Below are positions 41,306 to 56,138 of a DNA stretch of 64,000 nt, one piece after another. Position 1 is the first letter of the stretch. Each line of letters begins with the position of its first letter. The notes beneath the pieces were generated by a model, which saw only the letters and a program-made list of their open reading frames with translations, ran no database searches and had not been told where the DNA came from. The DNA lies in contig OX597814.1 of the NCBI GenBank assembly GCA_951406725.2, forward strand, positions 193,068,001 through 193,132,000. Reading direction: 5' to 3'. The stretch comes from Octopus vulgaris. Its lineage: Eukaryota. The translations under genes were made by a program, and so were the position numbers.

Positions 41306-41696
41306 AGAAGTAAAGCTTCCTTCAAGGCAGAGCTAGAAATGCGTTTAACTCCATTTATTTATTTATCTATATTATTTAAAAACGTTTCACTCAAACCTGG
41401 AGTTTCTAGCTTTATAAGTAGGCTGTTACATCCTTGGTACTTGTGTGAATTTTTGCTACCCTGTAACTAATTATTTATTTTTCCGTGTTATTTATACTGA
41501 AAAACACATGCATACATACATACATACATACATACATACATACATACATACATACATACATACATACATACATACATACACACATACATATATATATATA
41601 TATATAGATACACATATATATATAATTAGTGAATGGAAGAAATGGAGTTGAACGAAGATTGTACAGAATTCCTTTTATTACATTCTACACACGAGA

Positions 41697-41819
<123 letters not shown>

Positions 41820-41872
41820 GTATATAAGAATAGAACAGATTTTGTAGGGTACAGTATAGTATATTGGTTAAT

Positions 41873-42213
41873 AATAATAATAAGGTTAGTTAGAAGAAAC
41901 GAGGGAATTGTTCCTTAGTTTGTTCATATACAGGTAGAGAAGAATCTTCAAATTTGCCAAGGAAATGAAATGGAATGAAATAAAATAAAATTAAATAAAG
42001 TAAAATAAAAGAAGTATATTTACATTATTACTTCTAGGAATGTTTCGAAAAATTCTCAAATGTGATGACGTAAATATTTTATTTTATTTCATTTTACTAA
42101 TTTTTATTTTATGTTATTTCGTTTCCTTGGAAAATCTAAAGACTTTCTGCACATGTATGTAAATAAACGAAGGAACCATTCCTTTGTTTCTCCTCACTAA
42201 TCTTATTATTATT
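41873..42213. repeat. ~340-bp imperfect spacerless palindrome
   Basis: Arms are reverse-complementary about TTCGAA at 42044-42049. Confidence 0.8.
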
Positions 42214-42907
42214 CCCATTATGCATGCATATGTACGTACACACAAACATATATATATATATATTTTTCCTTTAAACCAGAAACAACGTTATTATTTCTTC
42301 ACAACCTCCACATATTCTTCAGTTATTTAGTATATTCTGAATCATTAAATGATGTTCTTTTGTATTTTCTGTTATGGAGTCTTTAGTGTTATACCGCATT
42401 ATAAATCTTTCTGTTTTTGAGATTCTCGGACAGTGCTGTGTTTTTTTTTCACTATTCATTCCTCTTTGCGCAATCTTTTCAGGTTTTGGTTAAACAGGAG
42501 CCTCTTTTGCTGAAGTCTTAGAACAACATTTGTTAATCACATTTTCAGTTTTGTTTGCCGTTTTGTAACAGCTCCAATCTCTTATTTGTCTGTTATCTCA
42601 ACAACTCTTTTACATTTTTGGCTTCCTTGAAGACAGAAAGCAGTATTTTGTTACGTTCATGTTGTGTCACGTTTTGACTGTTTCCAGTTATTCTTTATTT
42701 AATATTTTTGTAGATCTCCATAAGATATTTTACAATAATATATTTGTTCCTTTTGTGAATTTGTGGTGAATATATTTATCTGGCTGTTTTTGGACGCTGT
42801 ATTTTACACACAGTCTTTATTATTATAATTCTTCTTCTTCTTCTTCTTCTTCTTCTTCTTCTTCTTCTTCTTCTTCTTCTTCTTCTTCTTCTTCTTCTTC
42901 TTCTTCT

Positions 42908-42954
<47 letters not shown>

Positions 42955-42980
42955 TTCTTCTTCTTCTTCTTCTTCTTCTT

Positions 42981-43038
<58 letters not shown>

Positions 43039-43949
43039 AACTTATTATTATTATGATTATTACCTTTCAAATCTTTAGCTTCTATTTGGAAATACGATAA
43101 ATTTTTACTGGAACAACTAAACTATTGACATCTACTGACTTATTTTTGACACTTAGCTATGTTTCAAGTATCACTCTAATGCTTCGGTGATATTTTCTTT
43201 CATTTTTGTGTTGTAGGCTGCATAGTCCAGGAGCTGGACATGGTCGAATAGTTGTAAACATGTTCGAACGGTTAAGAATTTCATTTCACAATTGTAAAAT
43301 TCTCGGTTCAATTCAACTGTGCGACATCTTGAGCAATTGACTTTTGCCATAGCTTAGGGCTGATCCAAGTGAAAGTGGGTACACAGAAACTATGGAAGCA
43401 CATCGGGTAGACTGTACGCCTAATTTAACCCGTATTATCTCATGGGCAGAAGGAGTCTGTCTAAACCCACGAAATTGAGAACTCAAGTTTGGTATTATCA
43501 AACTTAGATATTGGTGAAATTTCAACTTCATTGAATTAAAACATCCCTGTTTCTCGAAGGATCTCCATTTGCAGACATTGGGATGATGCGAGGTCAAAAC
43601 TCAGAAAATCATAGCAAAAATGTGTGTTGTGACTCAAAATAAATCTGTTGTATTTACTCCAATCATATAAGAAAAATGCAGGTTCATAAAATAGTTTTTC
43701 AACAAAAGGATAATACTTTTCGCCTTTTCGTCTTTACGTAATTTTGAGGTTGTGTGCAGAAGTGGCTGTGTGGTAAATAAAACATCATCAGTTACTGGAA
43801 TACCCATTGTCGAAACCGACGGAGGTCCATTTGCATTTTGTTACTTCAGTGTTTCCAAGTATTTGTGTTTTTGTCTACTTGTCTTGTCTCTGTTTGTTTA
43901 TCTGACATAATATTTGTTGTTTTATTTAATTTCACATCATTACATATCT

Positions 43950-44107
43950 TACTTGTTTCATTCTTTGGAGTGCGGTCAAGCTGGGGCACCAGTTTGAACG
44001 GTTTAGTCTGGTTCTTATTCTATCAATCTCTTTTATCGAACCACTAAGTTACAAGGACGTAATGAAACCAGCAGTCGTTATCAAGCAGTGAAGAGAACAA
44101 ATTCAAA

Positions 44108-44152
<45 letters not shown>

Positions 44153-44390
44153 ACACACGTACACAAACACACATACATAGACGCACGCATACACACACTC
44201 ACGCACACACACACGCACGCACACACACACACAGGCATACACACAGCTTCCGTCTACCAAAGTCACAAGGTATTGATCAGCCCGAGTCTACAGTAGAAGG
44301 CACTTGCTCAAGGTGTCTCGAAATGGGATTGAACCCAAAACCACTTGGCTACAAAGCGAGTTTCTCAACCACACACCCAGACCTGCGCCT
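43950..44390 (-). mobile_element. Diverged SINE family A
   Basis: Colinear, degenerate. Other old or partial copies at ~37980-38535 and ~45520-45810. Confidence 0.75.
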
Positions 44391-46030
44391 ATTAGTACAT
44401 CTTTAAAATCGAAATTAATATAAATTCCTCGCGTTAATTCGTTTACTATCTGCTGGAGTGTTTCCAATTATTTATCAACTGCATGGTACAAGTATAGTTT
44501 GACACCATCCATGTAGTCACAATACAGCTTTAATACCCGAGCCTGATCTTGGATGTTGATCAAAGGTGTTAACACTAGGAGAAAAGAGATGGATAGAGAA
44601 CGATTCCTCTTCTAAACAGATTCGTTTACATAATTCTTCCTTTTGCTTGTATCTGCAGAATTGTTTTCCATTTATTCATGAAGTTTAACGAGCCTGCTTC
44701 TTACAGGTACTAACTTACCTTTCATCATTTACTTTTCCTTTTATGACACATCTAGCAATAACTATGTACTATTCTCAAATCCTTCTTTCTCCTAATACTG
44801 ATTCCAGTAATGTCTTTGTTGATTAGTAATTGATCTTTACATCTATATGAAACTTTTTATTATCCCTTCTATAATCCTGGAAATGAACTGTGTTCCCCAG
44901 GCAATCATCAATCTATTGCGGTGATAATTGTACATAGAAAAATGCATTTCAATTTGACAACCGCGTTTGAAATACGTTCTTATCTAGAATGAATTACGCA
45001 TTTAAACGACTACAGCAGATGAAAAAATATCCCACAATGATACATTGAATGAATCTTGTTTAATTACCTTAAGCTCACGATGTTATAGCAATCGGGAATT
45101 TTCTTATGTTACAAATCAATATTCTAAAAATCAGAACTTGACATCATTATCAACTCAAAACTTTAAATCATTGAATGGCGACTCCAGGAAAGTTGTTTCT
45201 TTGCTGAGAAAATAAGGAAGATAGAGAATGAGTAGTTTCACATCAATAACTCCTAATAGCTGAAATACAACACGTATGATAAGAAATTACTCCCAAAATA
45301 ATCAACAAAGCAGCATTATCCTGTGTGGTGTGACTTTATGACAAACTTTCGTCCTCAATGTTATCATTAAAAACCAGTGCACCGTTGAAGGCTTGTAAGA
45401 TGCCAATTATCTCAAATTGATAATTTTAATCTTCTTTAAGAAACTATCAAAATTTCTGATTAAATATTCCAGTCAAAAGAAACATTTGCGTACCAGATTT
45501 TATATTTTATTTTTTATCTTTTACATATTTCAGTCATCACACTGTGACCATGCTGGAGTACCGCCTTGAATGGTTTTGTCGAACAAATCAGTTCTACTAC
45601 TTTTTAAGTCTAGAACTGATTCTATCGGTCTCTTTTGCATGACCGCTAAGTTACGGGATGTAAATAAACCAAAACCAGTAGTCAAATGGTGGTGGTGGTG
45701 GGGACAAAAACAGACACACAAACATACACACACATACATACACACATGCACACACATAGACACACATATATACATTCGTACACACATATACGACGGGCTT
45801 CCACACAACCATTTTTTTTTCAAAATGGTGCGACACTTGTCTCAGACCTGACTTCATCAAACAAAGATTTGCTACAACGATTACAAGTGGAACGACAACA
45901 TAAACATCGAAGTAGAACCAAAATAAAACAACATCGGAAATGGTAGACAGTTTTATTAGCTGCTGTTATAGAAGAAATCGAAATTTATGAACTATGTATA
46001 TATTTTTTAATTATGAACTCTAACGACGTA

Positions 46031-46701
46031 CAGGGTGGCCATAAAGCCACGCTCCATCCTGCGCCATCTTTTTTTTTTATCGCATTTCAGAACTGCCGGT
46101 ATTACTCACAAACCAATCCTCATTGGATGGAGGCATTGGATAACCAACAAAGCAGGGAAAAGGTAATGGCGTGGTGTGGGATTTGACACAACCAAGTAAT
46201 TGGACCATTTTATTTTGAGTGCTCTGTGACAGGTGATTCGTATTTGGACATGCTTGGCAACAAGATGATGTTTCACGTGCATTCACTTGGAAGGGGATAT
46301 TCTGTCTGGTTTCAGCAGGATGGGATTCCACCCCATTATGCATTATAGGTTCGTGATTTTCTGGATGAACATTTTCCAGGGGGATAGATCGAGAATCACG
46401 GGACAATTGAATGGGCACCATGGTCACCAGATTTAATTCTCATGGACTTTTTTCTTCTGGGGTCACATCAAATCCCTTCTGTATTCTGAAAAGATTCGTG
46501 ACCAAGGACATCTAAGCGTATGAACAAGTCAACGGCAATGATGAGATAGTTGAAAGGATTCCTCACAATTTCAAATTCCGTATGAAGACTTGTTTAGAGC
46601 TACATGGCCAACACTTTGAACGTTTGTAATGGATTACCTACTTCATTGCTAATAAAGCATACTTGATATCTCCCAAGGTGCGTGACTTTGTGACCACCCT
46701 G
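46031..46701 (+). mobile_element. Internally deleted Tc1/mariner DD41D transposon
   Basis: 22-bp TIRs CAGGGTGGCCATAAAGCCACGC / CAGGGTGGTCACAAAGTCACGC, TA flanks. WFQQDG...WAPWSPDLILMDFF has 41 codons between the two Asp residues, with in-frame stops. Confidence 0.88.
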
Positions 46702-46902
46702 TATATTGCCATAAGCACACTACTCTATTTGCTATATGTATAGAATAGAAGTGCGCTAGGATGCGTATCAGCCATATCTTAATTATTTCACGACAAAGCT
46801 GTTACACCAACAAGCAACATTTGTTGAAATAAAAAGAATGATCATTATAATTTTATCCCCTAAAGTGTGATCAGTATACAAATATAACAGTAAACGAGAC
46901 TA

Positions 46903-47450
46903 TCTATTATATAAAATCCGTTTTATCTGTCTGTGTGTGTGTCTGCTAGGATCTCGGGCATCCTCCATCCGATTGCACTCAAATTTGATATGTAGATACC
47001 GACGGGCGTGTATAAGTCTTGAAAAGATTACAAAAATTGATTCCAGGTGAGAATGCGATCGATAAAACCGTGGGAACGTGCGTTTGTACGCGCAAGTACA
47101 TCAGCTGTTGCGATCGATACTACGCGTACGAGAGAAAAATGCACGTGTAGGTTGCGCAAAAAAAAAAAAAAGCCGGCTGGCTTGAAATAATGCCACAAAA
47201 TGTAGTTTATTTAAGAGACCAAAAAAGTAAGATGCAAAAGAGATATTTTCTTAAACTTGGCATGAAGGAAGGAAAGACTATTTGGTTTCTCAAGAAGATG
47301 TTTTTTGCCTTAACTTCGTTTAACAAAAACATTTTTTATTGAAATAAAGGCATGCTTAATTATTTTTTAATGAAAAGAAAACACTGATTGTTTTTTATTC
47401 AGCAGATATGATTCAGCACCGTCCATTGGACGAGGGGGCGTTTCGTTCCT
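46903..47450 (+). mobile_element. Non-autonomous Helitron (sister of 21473)
   Basis: A|TCTATTATATAAAATCC start, shared first ~170 bp and shared 3' hairpin region. Confidence 0.7.
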
Positions 47451-47645
47451 ATATATCTGCAGATATCATGTGTGGTAGCAGACTAAACTCCGACTGTAAC
47501 CTTATTATCCTGTACTAAGTCTAACCGTCTTTTTCTACCTGTTAGCGACTGCAACAACAGCAACGATATGTATATTATGAGCTGCGAGTGTAGAGAACAA
47601 AAATAATTTGTAAACCTCCACTACAAGGCAGACCGTATCTGATTA

Positions 47646-48022
47646 TCTCTCTATATATAAACGGCAGTTTGTCTGTGTGTGTTTCTGTGTGTCTGTTAGC
47701 TTGTACCCTCACCCTGACCACAGCTTTCAACCGATTCTGATGAAACTTAACACACACATAGCCCAATGTCATAATTCAAAACTAGCGCAGAGAAAATTTT
47801 GAAAAGTTCCCCCAGTTCTGAGAAAAATCGATAAATTCGACATGGGGTCGAGAATCCGAAACACAAACCACAGACTGTCTAGGGGACGCAACTCGGCCGT
47901 TTTAACTTTCAAAAAAAAAAAATTACCATAATTTTTTTTCCATTTTTTTGGCTATAACTCTCTAAAAATGCTTTATAGTTATTTCCCTTACAAACCCGAG
48001 CAACGCCGGGCGATACTGCTAG
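47646..48022 (+). mobile_element. Complete non-autonomous Helitron
   Basis: A|TC start, subterminal hairpin CCCGAGCAACGCCGGG, CTAG|T end, no TSD. Confidence 0.88.
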
Positions 48023-49271
48023 TTATTGATAAGAGACTTACTGAGTCGATATTGACAGTGATTGATGCTGATACTGACAGAAGATACTTCAACATAGCAA
48101 TCTCGCTTCATTTTGGAAAATAAATATCTATCTAACATGCCTTCTCCGCAACTGTTTAGCAGTAACTTGAAAATACAATAGAAGCAATCAAAGACAAAAC
48201 AATAAAAAAATACCATCATGGATTTCAAAATAAAACGGAATATGATCGTTGATTTATGGGAAGTTATCAGCTATGTAGTGATACTTATTACACGTAAATA
48301 AGCAAATAAATGCGCTTCTCACCAATATGAAGTGAAAAATAAAATAGAAACTTTACTTGATGTAAATCTATCTTCGTTTATGACGAAGGTTAGGTTTTTT
48401 ATTTTTAAAAAAAGCGTGATTAATGAATCAGTGATAAACGAATCATCACGCATTTTGTGAACAGAACAAACAGTAGATTTATTGACACCTTACTCGCAGC
48501 CGCCAGCAGCGAAGCTTCCACCGCCGCGTATTTTCGTGATTATTTCTACCCTTTCCTGTGTAGGGTACACTCGTCTGCGTCGTTTGTTAGGATCAGGTGC
48601 CTTCGTATCTTTCCTATTTATTGGTCCTATGTTGACGAGTACGAGTACGAGTACGCAAATCTATATAAAAAAATATACGCAGCCTTGCATCATGGTCATG
48701 TAAGCACAAGTGATAATCGGTGTATAGGTAAGCATTATAGGTGGTTGCTATAGTGTGTTTTGCAGTACAAGTATAATCTTCGATTGATCGCCAACTCATG
48801 TTATCATGGATCAATCCGTGATAAGCGTAACATACTTCACAGTTGAGCGTGCTGTGTTATTCGAGGTCGGCTATGAATGAATCGGTGATAAACAAGGCTA
48901 CATGAACTAAAAAAAGAGAACAAATACATCAGTATAAATTAAACAACACCGAACAAGGTCAAAAGTGGCGAATGAGTAACTCTGGCCTCAGAAGAAAGTA
49001 GATGAGCGAATAAAAATATTAAAAAATTCAATGGAAATTACTCAATACTTAACAAAGGTATGAGAACGGTAATCAATAGTCACAGAGAATCTTTCTCAGG
49101 AAGAAACGGATTCTTTTCAGAGAAAAGCTTTTAGTAAAAAAAATGAATTGTCTTAATGAAATGTGGTCAGAAGAAATCCGAAAGAAGGATTATCTCCAGA
49201 TTCACTAAAAGCATTATCAATAGTGATATTCTTGAGACCCTTTGTCTATTGGTAACCATCATGAAATTAAA

Positions 49272-49389
49272 TACAGGCCATATCACGTTGAAAGCACCGG
49301 TTCTTGTCCGATCACCGAAGTTAAGCAACGTCCAGCCTAGTTAGTACTTAGATGGGTGACCGCTTGGGAAACCTAGTTGCTGTAAGCAT
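49272..49389 (+). rRNA. Dispersed 5S rRNA copy, probably a pseudogene
   Basis: GGCCATATCACGTTGAAAGCACCGGTTC...CCGATCACCGAAGTTAAGC...AGTACTTAGATGGGTGACCGCTTGGGAA...GCTGTAAGC. 5' end altered, no oligo-T terminator. Confidence 0.85.
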
Positions 49390-49401
49390 CACACATTTCT
49401 A

Positions 49402-49790
<389 letters not shown>

Positions 49791-49877
49791 ATTGCTATTG
49801 ATCTTATGAAGCGTCGCAAAGACAAATTTTAAGGAGACGGTCTCTCTCTCTCTCTCCCCCTTCCTCCCCCTGTCTCT

Positions 49878-49912
<35 letters not shown>

Positions 49913-50629
49913 GATACTAGATATAGTTTAAAAAATTTAATTCCTAATAATTTAGATTCGAAATAGCTTTAAAACTTCGAGATAGCAAAGTATCAGGAAG
50001 AGACTTTGATAAAGGTTACTAATACAAGAAAAAAAAACTGCCTTTCTATCTGGAATATCTTATTGACCTTTACAATGAGTTATCAATGGGTTTTAGAATA
50101 TCCCAAGCTAGTTGTTGTTGGCATGAACAAATTTGATACCAAAATACGAAGCAGCTTATAAGACAATGAACAACAGACCAATTGCATTCTTGAAATTAAT
50201 GCATTAAATATTTATGCCCTGTCTGAACCTATTCGTCTTGGGTCACTATGATAACAACCCTATCATCACAGCCAGATACGAAACTGGTAAAATCGTGTTT
50301 GGGTGTACGCTGAGTAACTTTTAATCAACAAAACTGTGATGTCAGAGTTTCGACCGAATAGGAGAAATTTGATTGCTGTCTGGCTGAATTAGAAAACAAG
50401 CATACGATTCTGTTTCCATGGATGCCACAGGCTAATCGGCTTTCTAAGTTTCCAGAGACTATAATCAACTTTGCTTCGTCCTGAGGCGCCATCTTGAAAT
50501 TATATACAGGAGGTGATTGTATTGTCATTGATGGTATAAGGTATTGCAGAGGAATATTTCATCTCGGATGCACAGAAAACAAAACTAAGCCTAGAGAAGT
50601 GGTGGCCAGTGTGAAGCCTTAGCCACACA

Positions 50630-50681
<52 letters not shown>

Positions 50682-50869
50682 CACACACACACACACACAA
50701 ATGTATGTATTATTACCGGTTATACCATATAACCGACAGCAACATCTGACCAGTTATATGACATGACCAATAATATTTTGTTTGAAAAATCATATAATCA
50801 CTCTATTACTTATACTGGTTTCAAATTTCGACAGAGGGCCAGCAATTTTGAGGAAGGGTAAGTAGATTG

Positions 50870-51130
50870 TGGAGGCGCGTGGCTTAGTGGTTAGGGTGTC
50901 AGCACCATGATCGTAAGATTGTGGTTTCGATTCCTGGACCGGGCGACGCGTTGTGTTCTTGAACAAAACACTTCATTTCACGTTGCTCCAGTCCACTCAG
51001 CTGGCAAAAATGAGTAACACTGCGATGGACTGGCGTCTCGTCCAGCTGGGGAACACATACGCCATAGAAACCGGGAAACCGGGCCCATGAGCCTGGGTAG
51101 GTTTTAAAAAGGGCGCATTTATTTTTTTTA
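50870..51130 (+). mobile_element. SINE family C inserted into an old minus-strand SINE D (~50815-51318)
   Basis: Matches the 7151 copy. Family D sequence is continuous across the insertion. Confidence 0.88.
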
Positions 51131-51579
51131 TTAAGTAAGAAGATTACATCGACCTCTCCGCCCCATCCCAGTGCACGACAAGTAGTTATTTTATCGACTC
51201 CAGAAAGATAAAACGCAAAGTTGACTCGAGCGGGATTTGAACTCAAAACGTTAAGTCGGAAGAAATGTCGTTAAACATTTTGTCCGGCGCAGTAACAATT
51301 CTGCCGGCGGGCCGCCTTTTTTTTGTATATTGAGTGTGCTTTAGTTTCTAACAATATATACAGAGTGCGATGGGTAAATTGTCGCCATACTATGTTTTTA
51401 ATTTTGCGCATGTGCATTGTTTGTATTTGATTCTGTCGACTACATAGTATTGTGTGGTCAGTTGGGCACCGTCTGTGAGACAAATAGCACAATGAGGCAA
51501 TTCACTCCTTTTTTCTACTCTAGGCATAAAGCCCGAAATGCATACATACATAAATACATACATATATATGTATATAAAA

Positions 51580-52000
51580 AACAATTAAATTTTGGAAAAA
51601 TTAAAAGAAAAGTGTTTTAAAAGAATATTTGTATAGTGTTCAAATACAAGTGGCATTTTCCTTGTTTCTGCCCGAAGAGAGACAGAAACAAGCAGAAACA
51701 AGGAAATACAGAATAAATGTTGAAGAATAAAGAGAGAGAGAGAAGTGTCTATGACATGAGGTTGAGGGAACGTAATTGTAACGTTTTCACGTGATTAGTT
51801 GAAGAGAAAGAGAGAACAAGAGGAAGAAAGAAAAAGGACAAAAAGAGGATAAGGAGAAGAGTGAGACAGAAAGAGGAAGAAAGAAAAAGACACTTCTCTC
51901 TCTCTCTTTTTTTCTCTCTCTGTATTTTTCTCTTTGTCTCTTTTTTCTTTCACTCTTTTCTTTCCCCCACTTTTTCTCTAATCACGTGAAAGCGTTACGG
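51580..52000. mobile_element. Rearranged pLTR-like repeat with internal inversions
   Basis: Start matches ~70-172. GTAACGTTTTCACGTGATTAG (~51778) is inverted at ~51977. AGAGAAGTGTCT (~51739) is inverted at ~51888. Confidence 0.55.
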
Positions 52001-52218
52001 GCGGGCTAAGTAATGGAATGACAAGCAGAATTATTATAAGATAGTAGTTGCTTAACCACTAAACTACTACACTAGAAGCAGACTGGAATACGATGATCTA
52101 CGTGGAGCTCTAAACTTAACAGTAGTAGTCTTACATCTGTTTCGACCCACAGGATATAACAGGCGCATACACACACGGACACACGTCTGTGCTCACATAT
52201 ACATGCAAGTATACATAT

Positions 52219-52710
<492 letters not shown>

Positions 52711-53310
52711 ACATACATATACATGTGTGTGTGTGCGCGTGGTGGTGGTGGTGGTGGTGGTGGTAGGATGTTAGGGATGAGAACACTGAGAAAGAGAGAG
52801 GAATATAGTTCATTGACTTTTTACATTAGAAATATATTTTACGAACACGTAATTACATAGAGCTGGTCAAATATCAGACATATTGACAAAAAGACACAAC
52901 ATTGACAGATTCGGAAAAAAAGAAAAGTAAATCGATAGATAGTCGGGGAAATACATAGGCAAAGAGTAGCATAGGTATATGGAGATAGAGAATTAGTTAG
53001 ACAAATAGTTGGACTTATAAATATATAAATAGGCAGAGTGAAAACGAATGTGAATGCTGGTGACTTAGATACATCGAACATTACGATCGATCAACGTAAA
53101 AGTTTCCAATAAAATGTAACACATTTAGAACTTAAAAGACATTAGAGAACAAAAGGACATCTGAATTTTGTGTAGATTTGGCATGGAGTATAACATTTAC
53201 TAAGACACTAACGATGAATATATATACAGACATACATACATACATATATAATATCGACGGAAGCAGTATTATATAAAGATTACCTTATATATCTACATAT
53301 GTGTGTATGA

Positions 53311-53401
<91 letters not shown>

Positions 53402-53492
53402 CAGAGATAGAGAGAATATATATACATACATACATACATACATATATATATCGACGGAAGTAGTATTATATAAAGATTACCTTACTTATCTA

Positions 53493-53589
<97 letters not shown>

Positions 53590-53790
53590 AGAGATAGAGA
53601 GAGGGGAGAGACGGATAGAGAGAGAGAGAAACAGACTGTGAGAAGAAGCAAAAGTGAGAATGATGATCGTTTCAAAGTGTTTTCTCAAGTCAACAATCTA
53701 TAAACGTGATGTAGCGGGAAATGGTTCTAATGGTGAGTTCGGTGCCATGGTTTGATCTAGCTTAATAAATGATCGAATGTGGTTCACTTA

Positions 53791-54160
53791 AGGCGGCGAG
53801 CTGGCAGAAACGTTAGCACGCCGGGTGAAATGCTTAGCGGTATTTCGTCTGCCGTTACGTTCTGAGTTCAAATTCCGCCGAGGTCGACTTTGCCTTTCAT
53901 CCCTTTCGGGGTCGATTAAATAAGTACCAGTTGCGCACTGGGGTCGATATAATCGACTTAATCCGTTTGTCTGTCCTTGTTTGTCCTCTCTGTGTTTAGC
54001 CCCTTGTGGGTAGTGAAGAAATAGGTATTTCGTCTACTGCTACGTTCTGAGTTCAAATTTCACCGAGGTCGACTTTGCCTTTCATCCTTTCGGGGTCGAT
54101 AAATTAAGTACCACTTGAGTTCTGGAGTCGATGTAATCGACTTTACTCCCTCCCACAAAA
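53791..54160 (+). mobile_element. SINE family D dimer
   Basis: Same monomer junction as the dimers at 4551 and 5897. Confidence 0.9.
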
Positions 54161-54266
54161 TCCAGTCCAGTAGAAATTCTTCTTCTTCTTCTTCTTCTTC
54201 TTCTTCTTCTTCTTCTTCTTCTTCTTCTTCTTCTTCTTCTTCTTCTTCTTCTTCTTCTTCTTCTTC

Positions 54267-54329
<63 letters not shown>

Positions 54330-54883
54330 GAGTGAGAGAGCAGTTCATGCCATCAAAGTGACACTGGGGTAAAATATACGAAGCCCAATATACCCATCAT
54401 GACTACCCGTCTGATAAGGGTACACCAGGCACATGCATCACAACCATATGCGCACGACATGGTGATCTCATATGAAGATAAACAGCACATGACCTTGCAG
54501 GTGGAGCCCAGTTAGAATTTTCTTCAGGTTGAGTAGCCCATCCCGCTCAAACGGTCCCTGAATAAGGGTTGCTTAAGGATGTTGAAAGAACCACCCATGT
54601 TTCCAGAGGTGAATTATTCAAACCCCAAAGAATCCCTCTCAACACATGGCTATGATGCTCCCCCACTACTTCTGCTCGTGATCAGAGATGCACATATCGT
54701 CAGCCACTAAGGGACATGCTCAACTGGTTAAGGTCAAACAACTGACAAGCAAATCTGTGGTATTGAGCAGAATATTTGCTGTAGCCCATCTTTTATACCA
54801 AGACAAAACAATGTACATGATAACACTTCCAATCAGTTAAGATCAGAAGCCATGAGAGCCACTGCCTGGTACTGCATCATGGC

Positions 54884-54885
<2 letters not shown>
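54330..54885 (-). mobile_element. Family E repeat in (ATT)n
   Basis: Reverse complement of 40221-40766. Confidence 0.8.
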
Positions 54886-54958
<73 letters not shown>

Positions 54959-55587
54959 CATTATTATTATTATTATTAAGGTACTATGGTCGATATAATC
55001 GACTAGGTCTCTGCTCCACATTTCAGATCTTGTGCCTATAGTAGAAACGGTTAATATTGTTATTCAGCCACCGAACTGGCACGCCGGACAAAATGCTTGG
55101 CAGGTTTCGTCAGTCTTTGAGTTCTGAGTTCAAATTCCACCGATATCAACTTGCCTTTCATCCTTTCGAGGTTAATGAAAGAAATACCAGTCAAGCAATG
55201 GGGTTCAATGTAATCGGCATGACCTCTCTCTTCCACTACAGAAAACACTTGCATAAGGTTCCACGCAGTGGGACTGAACATGAAACGACGTGGTTGCAAA
55301 GCGAGTTTCTTATCCACGGGAGAGTGAAGAGTGGTGTAACCTATACCCGAGTGTGATGAGTGAAGTAAACAGCAAGAATATTGTTAATGACGAAGATGAA
55401 AATTTTGAAATATAATTAAATCTTTTAATCGATAGCGAATGGTTCATAAAGACCTCCATTACATCACGAGATGTCAACCAGAAAATTTTCCCACGTAGGT
55501 ATCAAGGGCAGATAGCGTTCGTAGTCAGTAACTTTGCAAGGAAATTATTGAACCAGACACAAAGTTACCGTCAGAAAATATACACAT

Positions 55588-55752
55588 AGGCGCAGGCGTG
55601 GCTGTGTGGTAAGAAGCTTGCTTCCCAACCACATTGTTTTGGGTTTAGTCTCACTGCATGGCACCTTGAGTGAGTGTCTTCTACTATAGACTCAGGCCAA
55701 CCAAAGCCTCGTGAGCGGATTTGGTAGACGGAAACTGAAAGAAGCCCGTCGA

Positions 55753-55786
<34 letters not shown>

Positions 55787-56045
55787 ATGTGTGTGTGTGT
55801 GTGTGTGTGTATTTGTATATATCCATGTGTGTCTGTGCTTGTATCTGTCCGTCCCCTCCCGCCATCACGGCTTGACAACCGTTGTTTGGTGTGTTTACGT
55901 CCCATTAATTTAGCGGTTCAGTTAAAAACTGATGGAACAAGTACTAGGCTTAAAAAAATAAGTCCCGGGGCCGATATGTTTGGCTAAAGGCGGTGTTCCA
56001 GCGTGGCCGCAGTCAAATGACTGAAACAAGTAAAACAGTAAGAGA

Positions 56046-56047
<2 letters not shown>
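55588..56047 (+). mobile_element. SINE family A
   Basis: Full-length, moderately diverged. Confidence 0.9.

Positions 56048-56138
<91 letters not shown>

Noticed and set aside
48457-48753. 98-aa non-repetitive ORF
   Set aside because: No recognisable domain, non-ATG start and no splice support.
54840-54885. HDV-like ribozyme at the 5' end of family E
   Set aside because: A 7-bp stem exists but the P1.1 GG, P3/L3 and P2 elements could not be placed.
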